Source: an uncultured Piscirickettsiaceae bacterium (GTDB lineage: Bacteria > Pseudomonadota > Gammaproteobacteria > PS1 > Pseudothioglobaceae). Taken from it: a stretch of DNA of 48,355 nucleotides. Below are positions 40,810 to 48,355 of the stretch, piece by piece; the first letter of the stretch is position 1; each line of letters opens with the position of its first letter. The position numbers and the translations under genes are program-made. The notes beneath the pieces were generated by a model. The model was given only the letters and a program-made list of their open reading frames with translations. It did no database searches and was not told the origin of the DNA. The stretch is from the NCBI GenBank assembly GCA_964396315.1, contig CAYNES010000001.1, positions 1 through 48,355 of the forward strand, read 5' to 3'.

Positions 40810-42423
40810 ATGAGCTCAACTACAGTGGCAGCAGCACACGACGACCACCATCATGGCCCTGAAAAAGGACTCCTAAGATGGGTTAAGACAACCAACCATA
40901 AAGACATTGGAACGCTTTATTTGTGGTTTTCTTTTGCAATGCTTTTAATAGGCGGCGCTTTTGCAATGGGTATTCGTTCAGAGCTATTACAGCCCGGCTT
41001 ACAATTGTTTGAGCCGCAAGTGTTCAATCAGCTAACTACAATGCATGGTCTAATCATGGTTTTTGGAGCTATCATGCCTGCATTCGTTGGTCTGGCAAAC
41101 TGGCTTATTCCAATGATGGTCGGAGCGCCTGATATGGCACTGCCAAGGATGAACAATTGGAGTTTTTGGATACTTCCTTTTGCTGGAACAATTCTGTTAA
41201 GTACATTTTTTATGGAAGGTGGGGCCCCTGCCTTTGGCTGGACTTTTTATGCCCCGCTCTCAACAACTTTTGCACCAGACTCAACAGACTTTTTTATTTT
41301 TGCAGTCCACTTGCTTGGCTTCTCTTCAATCATGGGAGCAATCAATATTATTGCAACAGTTCTTAATATGAAGGCGCCTGAAATGAGACTTATGGATATG
41401 CCGCTTTTTGTTTGGACTTGGTTAATCACCTCTTTCTTGCTGATTGGAGCTATGCCAGTTTTGGCTGGAGCCGTAACCATGATGCTAACAGACCGAAACT
41501 TTGGAACAGCATTCTTTGATGCAACTGGCGGTGGAGATCCGGTCATGTTTCAACATATTTTTTGGTTTTTCGGACACCCAGAGGTATACATTATGATTTT
41601 GCCAGCCTTTGGTATTATCTCTCACATTATTCCGACCTTTGCTAGAAAGCCCTTGTTTGGCTATACTTCAATGGTCTACGCAACTGCATCAATTGCGTTC
41701 TTGTCATATATCGTATGGGCGCATCACATGTTCCTGACTGGTATGCCAGTGGCAGGAGAGCTTTACTTTATGTATGCAACAATGTTGATTGCGGTCCCTA
41801 CAGGTGTAAAAGTATTTAACTGGGTTGCAACGATGTGGAAAGGGTCAATGACATTTGAAACGCCAATGTTGTGGGCACTGTCTTTTGTATTCTTGTTTAC
41901 AATCGGAGGTTTCTCTGGACTCATGCTTGGAATAGCTCCTGCTGATATTCAGTACCACGATACTTATTTTGTTGTTGCACATTTCCACTACGTTCTGGTA
42001 ACAGGGGCGTTGTGGGGAATCATTGCAGCCGTTTTCTATTGGCTGCCTAAGTGGACTGGAAAAATGTACAACGAGAGACTAGCAAAAATCCATTTTTGGA
42101 TTGCTATGATTTCTGTTAATGTAACGTTTTTCCCGCAGCATTTTGTAGGGTTGGCGGGCATGCCGCGTCGAATTCCTGATTATGCATTGCAGTTTGCAGA
42201 CTTTAACTTTATTTCTTCAATTGGTTCTTTTGCATTCGGCCTTTCATTCATTTTGTTTACTTATATTATTGTCGACTGTATTCGTAATGGGGAGCCAGCA
42301 GAGTCAAGACCATGGGGTAGTGCAAAGGGGCTTGAGTGGACTTTGGCTTCACCAGTTGCTTATCACACATTTGATGAGCCGCCAACAAGAGCTGAAATTT
42401 TGGCAGAGTCACAGCATAGCTAA
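40810..42423 (+). CDS. coxA: cytochrome c oxidase subunit I (type A1)
   Basis: [31 protein letters not shown]. Confidence 0.99.
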   Translation: MSSTTVAAAHDDHHHGPEKGLLRWVKTTNHKDIGTLYLWFSFAMLLIGGAFAMGIRSELLQPGLQLFEPQVFNQLTTMHGLIMVFGAIMPAFVGLANWLIPMMVGAPDMALPRMNNWSFWILPFAGTILLSTFFMEGGAPAFGWTFYAPLSTTFAPDSTDFFIFAVHLLGFSSIMGAINIIATVLNMKAPEMRLMDMPLFVWTWLITSFLLIGAMPVLAGAVTMMLTDRNFGTAFFDATGGGDPVMFQHIFWFFGHPEVYIMILPAFGIISHIIPTFARKPLFGYTSMVYATASIAFLSYIVWAHHMFLTGMPVAGELYFMYATMLIAVPTGVKVFNWVATMWKGSMTFETPMLWALSFVFLFTIGGFSGLMLGIAPADIQYHDTYFVVAHFHYVLVTGALWGIIAAVFYWLPKWTGKMYNERLAKIHFWIAMISVNVTFFPQHFVGLAGMPRRIPDYALQFADFNFISSIGSFAFGLSFILFTYIIVDCIRNGEPAESRPWGSAKGLEWTLASPVAYHTFDEPPTRAEILAESQHS

Positions 42424-42524
42424 TGGGAGATAGAAAAAATAACAAAGGCGTCGCAAAAACAGCCTTGATAGTTGGAGTCATAGCAATAGGAGTTTATGTA
42501 GCCACTATATTACTTAATGGCTGA
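42423..42524 (+). CDS. 33-aa single-TM small protein (not in ORF track)
   Basis: [33 protein letters not shown]; ATG overlaps the coxA stop (TAATG); ends 1 nt before ATG 42526 of ctaG. Confidence 0.75.
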   Translation: MGDRKNNKGVAKTALIVGVIAIGVYVATILLNG

Positions 42525-43047
42525 GATGGAAAGAAAAAAAATTACTAAAGGGTTTTGGATAAAGCTTGTATCTGTTCCCGTTTTAATGTTCTTTTTTGCC
42601 TACGCCATGGTGCCAATATATGATGTGTTGTGTGACTTGACAGGTTTTAATGGTAAGACAGGCACTGTGGAAACAGAACAGCAGTACCAGGTGGATGAAG
42701 AGCGTTTGGTTAGTGTTAGTTTTTTTGCGTCTACGAGCCCTGGGTTTCCAGTGCAGTTCTCGCCTAAAAAGAGCTCAATGGAAGTTGTGCCTGGAAAGTT
42801 TTATAACACTAGCTATATTGCCAAAAACACGACTGATGAGGTAATTTTTGGTCAAGCAATACCAAGTGTAGCGCCAACAGACGCGGCTCTTCACTTTAAA
42901 AAATTAGAGTGCTTTTGTTTCGTGAAGCAAGAGTTTCAGCCTGGAGAGGAAGTAGAAATGTCGCTTCGGTTTGTGGTTGAGCCTGAAATGGAAGAATGGA
43001 TTAAAGACGTAAGTCTGTCATATAATTTTTATAAGTTAGATAGTTAA
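42517..43047 (+). CDS. ctaG: cytochrome c oxidase assembly protein CtaG/Cox11
   Basis: F.YAMVP.Y...C..TG..G, GQA.PSV.P, KLECFCF; alternative start 42526. Confidence 0.97.
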   Translation: MAEMERKKITKGFWIKLVSVPVLMFFFAYAMVPIYDVLCDLTGFNGKTGTVETEQQYQVDEERLVSVSFFASTSPGFPVQFSPKKSSMEVVPGKFYNTSYIAKNTTDEVIFGQAIPSVAPTDAALHFKKLECFCFVKQEFQPGEEVEMSLRFVVEPEMEEWIKDVSLSYNFYKLDS

Positions 43048-43062
43048 AAAAAGGGAGTAGAA

Positions 43063-43941
43063 ATGAGCAACGAAAAGTATTATGTCCCACATGGAACATA
43101 CTGGCCAATAATAGGATCAATTGGTATTTCAACGCTATTTATTGGTTTTGCAAACCAAATGCATGACGTGAGCTGGGGATGGCCAGTGATGGTTTTAGGG
43201 TTTGCAATTATTGCATTTATGATGTTTGGGTGGCTTGGAACAGTTGTAGCTGAGAGTGTTGGTGGTATGTACAACTCTCAGGTAGATAGGTCTTTTAGAT
43301 GGGGCATGAGCTGGTTTATCTTTTCAGAAGTCATGTTTTTTGCTGCCTTCTTTGGAGCATTATTATATGCCAGAGTCTTGAGTGTTCCCTGGCTCGGTGG
43401 CGCAGACAATAACATGTTCACGCCTGAACTTTGGGAGGGCTTTAAGGCCACTTGGCCTCTAATTTCTACGCCTGGAGAGGTTGGACAAAATGGAACAACG
43501 TTCTCTACTAACTTTATACTAGTTGACACATGGGGGCTTCCAGCAATCAATACAGCGCTTCTCTTGACGTCAGGCGTGACTCTTACATACGCACACCATG
43601 CGCTAAGGGCCGGACATAGAAACGCACTAATGGCATGGATGCTTGCAACAATTGCTTTAGGAGTTGTATTCTTAGGGTTTCAGATTACTGAGTACGGACA
43701 CGCATACCATGACGGACTTAAACTAACATCAGGTATTTATGGGTCAACATTCTACATGCTGACTGGGTTCCACGGCTTTCATGTAACGATTGGCGTAATC
43801 ATGCTTACAGTGATTCTTTATCGTATTCAGAAAGGCCACTTCAATCTAGAAAACCATTTTGCATTTGAAGGCGTTGCCTGGTATTGGCACTTCGTGGACG
43901 TGGTTTGGCTGGGACTATTTATTTTTGTATACTGGATATAA
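43063..43941 (+). CDS. coxC: cytochrome c oxidase subunit III
   Basis: WFIFSEVMFF, TGFHGFHV, WYWHFVDVVW. Confidence 0.99.
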   Translation: MSNEKYYVPHGTYWPIIGSIGISTLFIGFANQMHDVSWGWPVMVLGFAIIAFMMFGWLGTVVAESVGGMYNSQVDRSFRWGMSWFIFSEVMFFAAFFGALLYARVLSVPWLGGADNNMFTPELWEGFKATWPLISTPGEVGQNGTTFSTNFILVDTWGLPAINTALLLTSGVTLTYAHHALRAGHRNALMAWMLATIALGVVFLGFQITEYGHAYHDGLKLTSGIYGSTFYMLTGFHGFHVTIGVIMLTVILYRIQKGHFNLENHFAFEGVAWYWHFVDVVWLGLFIFVYWI

Positions 43942-43960
43942 TATTGAAATAGAGGTTATG

Positions 43961-43991
43961 AAAAAGGCCCCTTTCAAGGGGCCTTTTTTTT
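43961..43991. terminator. intrinsic terminator, potentially bidirectional
   Basis: AAAAA-GGCCCCTT-TC-AAGGGGCC-TTTTTTTT. Confidence 0.9.
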
Positions 43992-44010
43992 CAATCACTT
44001 AAGGAAAATT

Positions 44011-44229
44011 ATGAGTTTATTTGTAATTGCGATTTTGGGATTAATATTTGTTTTTTTAGGTTCTGCTGTTATTGGTCTTCTAAGGGGTGGCAAGGCAGGG
44101 TCAGACAGAATGTTTAAAGCACTAAGAATGAGAATCATTCTTTCCGTGCTTCTTTTTGTATTCCTGTTGTTTGCAGGCTTCGTTGGCTGGATTGAGCCAA
44201 ACAGTTTTAACCTTCTGCCAACTCAGTAA
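44011..44229 (+). CDS. twin-transmembrane small protein (DUF2909-like)
   Basis: 72 aa, two TM helices, 'RM.KAL..RI.LS', 'G.I.P'; cox context; SD AAGGA. Confidence 0.85.
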   Translation: MSLFVIAILGLIFVFLGSAVIGLLRGGKAGSDRMFKALRMRIILSVLLFVFLLFAGFVGWIEPNSFNLLPTQ

Positions 44230-44927
44230 TGAGTTTTAGGTTTTTAGCTCCTTCATTTCTTATAGTGGCGATGATTGCTTTTTTGGTCTCGCTAGGGTTT
44301 TGGCAGCTCGATCGTGCGGATCAAAAACGCAATATAGAGTCTTCAATTGAAAAGGCGAATACAGGAGTCGTTGAGCTCATAGTAAATGAGAACGAACTCT
44401 TGAATAAAGAGTATTATGAGGTCCGTCTTCAGGGCAGTTATATCAAAGATAAGCAGTTTATATACGACAACCAGATCGTCGACCAAGTTTCTGGATATTA
44501 TGTACTAACCCCTTTTGTTTTAAATGGTCAAACAAATGCTGTTATGGTTAATCGGGGCTTTATTCCCTGGAAAGGTAGAAGAGACAAGCTGGCTGATATA
44601 ACTGTTGACTCAAACCTTAGAGAAATTAAGATTCAAGTTTCAAAGCCTGTTAAAAGAATGGAGTTAAAGACTAACAATATAGGCAATCAGTTTCCAGTAT
44701 TAATACAAGCAATAGACTTTGATGTAATTGAAGAAATTTCAAACATTAGTTTCGTTGATGTCATTGGGCTGCTTGACTCGTCTTCAGCCAATGGATTCAT
44801 AAGAAAATGGGAGCCATATACTGGCACCATAGAAAAGCATATTGGCTATGCCATTCAGTGGTTTTTAATGGCGCTAGTGCTTGGAATCATAGGGGTTCGA
44901 ATTGCCCTAAAGCAGCGTAACAAATAA
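44229..44927 (+). CDS. SURF1 family protein
   Basis: LGFWQLDRA, GY.VLTPF, VNRGF, H.GYA.QWF. Confidence 0.95.
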   Translation: MSFRFLAPSFLIVAMIAFLVSLGFWQLDRADQKRNIESSIEKANTGVVELIVNENELLNKEYYEVRLQGSYIKDKQFIYDNQIVDQVSGYYVLTPFVLNGQTNAVMVNRGFIPWKGRRDKLADITVDSNLREIKIQVSKPVKRMELKTNNIGNQFPVLIQAIDFDVIEEISNISFVDVIGLLDSSSANGFIRKWEPYTGTIEKHIGYAIQWFLMALVLGIIGVRIALKQRNK

Positions 44928-44991
44928 AGCTATTTTTAGGCATATAAAATAATGCTGAAAAAAAATCCTTTACTGTATAATTTCGCTCTAA

Positions 44992-45067
44992 GCCGACATA
45001 GCACAGTTGGTAGTGCAACTGATTTGTAATCAGTAGGTCCGCGGTTCGAGTCCGTGTGTCGGCACCA
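44992..45067 (+). tRNA. tRNA-Thr (TGT)
   Basis: GCCGACATAGCACAGTTGGTAGTGCA ACTGA-TTTGTAA-TCAGT AGGTC CGCGGTTCGAGTCCGTG TGTCGGCACCA; TATAAT at 44976-44981. Confidence 0.98.
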
Positions 45068-45080
45068 TTTTTATGGTATT

Positions 45081-45108
45081 AAGCGGTCTTTATTAAGACC
45101 GCTTTTTT
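45081..45108 (+). terminator. intrinsic terminator after tRNA-Thr
   Basis: AAGCGGTCTT-TATT-AAGACCGCTT followed by a T run. Confidence 0.85.
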
Positions 45109-45311
45109 ATTGCGAGTTCTCGAAGTATAAATTTTTGTACTTTTCCTGTCGATGTTTTTGGAATATTGTCAAAAATAAGTTTACGAGGGGTTTTGAAGGA
45201 GGCCATATTGTCTCTGCACCATTGGCTTAATTCATCTCCACTGGCTTCTGATGACTCCTTGATTTGAACAAAAGCACAAGGCGTTTCTCCCCACTTTTCC
45301 AAAAATACCAA
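45093..45311 (-). pseudogene. C-terminal remnant of an acyl-CoA synthetase (AMP-binding C domain)
   Basis: EKWGETPCAFV...FKTPR...IPKTSTGKVQKF (A10 motif) without the ~450-aa N-terminal domain. Confidence 0.85.
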
Positions 45312-45340
45312 GCCGCACCTTGATCAGGCAACAAAACTAT

Positions 45341-45427
45341 TCAATCAAGTTGAGGTTGGAGTAGGAGGATACTCGCGGTGGCGATTGCAGCGATAATGAC
45401 CGCAAAAGACCAGACCTTGTTTAACAT
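45341..45427 (-). CDS. 28-aa hydrophobic ORF (small protein or 5' remnant of an exported protein gene)
   Basis: MLNKVWSFAVIIAAIATASILLLQPQLD*; perfect TATAAT 7 nt upstream of the ATG. Confidence 0.5.
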   Translation of the reverse strand: MLNKVWSFAVIIAAIATASILLLQPQLD

Positions 45428-45450
45428 GGGCTAAATTATATACGCTTATA

Positions 45451-46029
45451 TTAGCTTGAAGCGCATAGGCTTGGATCCCAAAACTCGTTTTCGATATCAC
45501 CCATCGAAAAAAGTAATCCAACTATATCAGTAAACAAAAACTTTTCAATATCACCGACCGCCATAATATATTGGCCAGTATTTGTATCATTAAAAACTTT
45601 GATATAGTAAGTCCCTGCTTTATATATTCGGTCAGAGAGAAAGTTTTTGCCTATTTCTGGGCCATTCCAATACCATTGTTTTCCATACTCCTCATACCAG
45701 GGAGTCCATTCAAAGTTTTCACCGTCTGCCAAATCAATTCTGTGGAACTCTGAATCTAAGACCTCAAATGAGAACTTACTTTCTAAAGCACACTCGCCAA
45801 TTTTGGCTGCTAGAATTCCTGCATAGAAGTCAAAGTTAACCTCGGACTGTATTCGATAATAATGTGGATTGCCTGAAAGGGTTGAGTAGATTGCTTTTGA
45901 AATTTCAGGATCTTCTATCTCATAGGGTGCATCTGGAGGATATGCAGAGTTTTTATTGAGAACAGGTTTATGAGCGTAGGCGTGTGTTAATAAAAGCAGT
46001 AATAGAAATGAAGTAATGCACTTTTTCAT
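45451..46029 (-). CDS. hypothetical exported protein
   Basis: 192 aa, Sec signal with AYA-H cleavage site, aromatic beta-rich body (AGTYYIKV); start overlaps the ftsK stop. Confidence 0.8.
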   Translation of the reverse strand: MKKCITSFLLLLLLTHAYAHKPVLNKNSAYPPDAPYEIEDPEISKAIYSTLSGNPHYYRIQSEVNFDFYAGILAAKIGECALESKFSFEVLDSEFHRIDLADGENFEWTPWYEEYGKQWYWNGPEIGKNFLSDRIYKAGTYYIKVFNDTNTGQYIMAVGDIEKFLFTDIVGLLFSMGDIENEFWDPSLCASS

Positions 46030-48355
46030 TAGGGTTCGTCTGGCTCAATTGGTTCGGGCGCTAAAACATCTCGATTACCTGCGCTATTCATGGAGCTAAC
46101 AATCCCGCTTGCCTCCATATCTTCAATAATTCTTGCTGCACGGTTATAGCCGATCCGCATTCTTCTTTGCAGGCTTGATATTGATGCTCTTCTAGTAGAG
46201 GTTACTATCTGCACAGCCTCATCAAAAAGAGGATCAAGCTCTTCGCTGTTATAACCTGAACCCATGTCTCCAGTTGGCTCTGATTTTGGATTGAGTATGC
46301 CGTCTAGGTAGTTGGGACTTGAGTTCTTTTTAAGGTGTTTGACCACTCTTAGAATTTCTCTATCTTCGACGAAGGCTCCATGAACCCTTGTAAGATGAGA
46401 AATTCCTGGAGCCATATATAGCATATCTCCCATGCCTAGAAGCTGTTCTGCTCCAGACTGATCTAGAATCGTTCTAGAATCGGTTTTTGATGAAACTTTA
46501 AATGAAACCCGCGTTGGTATATTAGACTTGATAAGCCCTGTTATAACGTCAACGCTTGGTCTTTGCGTTGCAACTATAAGGTGCACCCCAGCAGCACGCG
46601 CTTTTTGAGCAATACGCACTATAAGCCCCTCAACACGCTTTGATTTGGCCCTATCTTCTTGCGCTAGAGCCCCAAGCATATCTGCGTATTCATCTATCAC
46701 GATAACGATGAGCGGAAGAGCTTCGAGCTCTGGGTGCTTCTCTCCTTCTTTAGCCGTTTCTGGATTAAAAGATGGATCTAAAAGAGGCTTACCAGCTTTT
46801 TTAGCGCGGCGTTGTTTTTCGTTGAAAGATTCGATATTTCTCACTCCAAACTTCGCCAAAAGACTATAGCGCCTCTCCATTTCGTTGACAGACCACCATA
46901 GAGCGCTTGCAGCCTCATTCATATTTGTTACAACAGGTGTTAAAAGATGAGGTATGTCTGCATATGAGGCAAGCTCAACAATTTTTGGGTCAATCATGAT
47001 TAGCCTAACTTGCTCTGGAGACGCTTTATATAGAATACTCAAAATAATAGCATTGAGGCCTACGGACTTACCCATTCCTGTTGCGCCTGCAACTAGGAGA
47101 TGAGGCATTTTAGCTAGGTCAACCACAACAGGGTGTCCATTAATATCCTTACCAAGACCCATAGAGAGAGTTGATTTTGACTTTGTGAAGGCTTCGCTTG
47201 AGAGTACTTCCTTGAGCCCAATCATCTCACGGGTATTGTTTGGTATCTCAAGGCCAATGACAGGCTTTCCAGGAATGACATCTACAATTCGCACACTCTC
47301 AACAAGAAGCGCTCTCGCGAGATCTTTATTAAGGTTCATTATTTGGCTTACCTTAATTCCAGGCGCAAGAGAAATTTCAAATTGAGTGACAACCGGGCCG
47401 GGAGTTACGGCAGTAATTGTGACATCAAAGCCAAAATCCTTGAGTTTGATTTCAACCTGCTGACCCATTTCTACTAGGAACTCTTCTGTATAGCCAAGTC
47501 CCGAATTATCAACATCATCTAATAGTGATAGATCTGGAAGTCCTCCAGAAGAGCCTGATTTAAAGAGGTTGCTGCTTTGCTCTTTTTGAGGCTTATCAGC
47601 TTTTTTTAGCTTCTTAGGCTTGTCCGCTTTTTTTTGCTTTTCAGCCTTGTCCATTTTTGAGCTTTCTGTGGCCACACTCTCTTGGTTTACGGGAACTTTA
47701 GAGTTAATAATTTCTGGCTTGAGTTTTTCTTTTTTAATGGTTACAGAAGCTTTTTCTTCTTCTGAGCGTCTTTTGAAAAAAGTGCTGCCAATGCTTTTCC
47801 ATGAGGCGCTCGTTGCGACACTAAAACTAACAAAAATTACTCCGATATAAATCAGAGTTGATGAGCTCCCAAAAAACTCATAAAAAAGCAGTTCATGCAT
47901 CGATTTTCCAATCATTCCTCCGGCCAAGAATGTTTCTTTTAGGTCGTCCATTAATTTTATTTCAGGTGCGTATTGATGCGCCAGGGCTGCAATAAAAAAT
48001 AACATTACAAGATAAGATATGAATCGAATCAGAAAAGTAATGGGACTTTGTCGCTCTTTATTTGCGTCTCGATGAAAGTTGTAGCCTAGCCAAATCATCG
48101 ATATTGGAACAACATACGAGACATAGCCAAGTATGCCAAAGCTGATGTCTCTAACATAGGCGCCAAATATTCCCGCACTATTCGTAACTGGTTTGGCGAG
48201 TTCCGCTCCTCCTGTCCACGGGTCTTCAGAGGCTGAGCCTGTGATAAGTGAGACAAAGAAAACAGCGCCAATTGTCAAGAGCAAAATAAAAATCGACTCG
48301 CTGACAAGTTTAGAGCGCGGATTATTTACAGGGGTATTTTGAGTGGTTCGTTTAT
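46029..48355 (-). CDS. ftsK: DNA translocase FtsK (start lies beyond window end)
   Basis: N-terminal TM domain, PHLLVAGATGMGKS, IDEYAD, ATQRPS, gamma domain LQRRMRIGYNRAARI; frame open from 48284 to the window end. Confidence 0.98.
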   Translation of the reverse strand, partial: KRTTQNTPVNNPRSKLVSESIFILLLTIGAVFFVSLITGSASEDPWTGGAELAKPVTNSAGIFGAYVRDISFGILGYVSYVVPISMIWLGYNFHRDANKERQSPITFLIRFISYLVMLFFIAALAHQYAPEIKLMDDLKETFLAGGMIGKSMHELLFYEFFGSSSTLIYIGVIFVSFSVATSASWKSIGSTFFKRRSEEEKASVTIKKEKLKPEIINSKVPVNQESVATESSKMDKAEKQKKADKPKKLKKADKPQKEQSSNLFKSGSSGGLPDLSLLDDVDNSGLGYTEEFLVEMGQQVEIKLKDFGFDVTITAVTPGPVVTQFEISLAPGIKVSQIMNLNKDLARALLVESVRIVDVIPGKPVIGLEIPNNTREMIGLKEVLSSEAFTKSKSTLSMGLGKDINGHPVVVDLAKMPHLLVAGATGMGKSVGLNAIILSILYKASPEQVRLIMIDPKIVELASYADIPHLLTPVVTNMNEAASALWWSVNEMERRYSLLAKFGVRNIESFNEKQRRAKKAGKPLLDPSFNPETAKEGEKHPELEALPLIVIVIDEYADMLGALAQEDRAKSKRVEGLIVRIAQKARAAGVHLIVATQRPSVDVITGLIKSNIPTRVSFKVSSKTDSRTILDQSGAEQLLGMGDMLYMAPGISHLTRVHGAFVEDREILRVVKHLKKNSSPNYLDGILNPKSEPTGDMGSGYNSEELDPLFDEAVQIVTSTRRASISSLQRRMRIGYNRAARIIEDMEASGIVSSMNSAGNRDVLAPEPIEPDEP

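Noticed and set aside
44992-46029. Integrated prophage or genomic island at tRNA-Thr
   Set aside because: No integrase and no att duplication seen; only a small decayed patch.

Overview
An AT-rich gammaproteobacterial chromosomal segment, almost entirely housekeeping, spanning the dnaA-dnaN-recF-gyrB region. The gene set and order (phosphoribulokinase right after gyrB, class 1 PyrD, petABC-sspAB, aa3-type oxidase cluster) suggest a streamlined marine lineage such as the SUP05/Thioglobaceae clade; this is inference, not a database result. Contents: a partial MMPL/RND transporter, a DMT transporter, tpiA-secG-tRNA-Leu, a histamine/trimethylamine dehydrogenase-family flavoprotein, dnaA-dnaN-recF-gyrB, prk, leuS, pyrD, bioD, petABC-sspAB, dciA, secA, pyrC, ribF, mutY, metA, a P-loop kinase, alaC, DUF2797, purC, an M23 peptidase, uppS-cdsA-dxr, hisF, a cytochrome c oxidase cluster with assembly genes, tRNA-Thr, a small decayed patch and a 5'-truncated ftsK. 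I found no phage, IS, CRISPR or defence system. Best leads: (1) a candidate oriC with no canonical DnaA boxes but repeated nnACTAACA-type 9-mers, plus substitutions in DnaA domain IV; (2) about 7 genes with leaderless promoter architecture; (3) a Sco protein with an ~80-aa His-rich insertion; (4) an amine dehydrogenase with a histamine-dehydrogenase-like active site; (5) a shikimate-kinase-like protein between alaC and metA, a candidate alternative homoserine kinase; (6) two small membrane ORFs missed by the ORF track.
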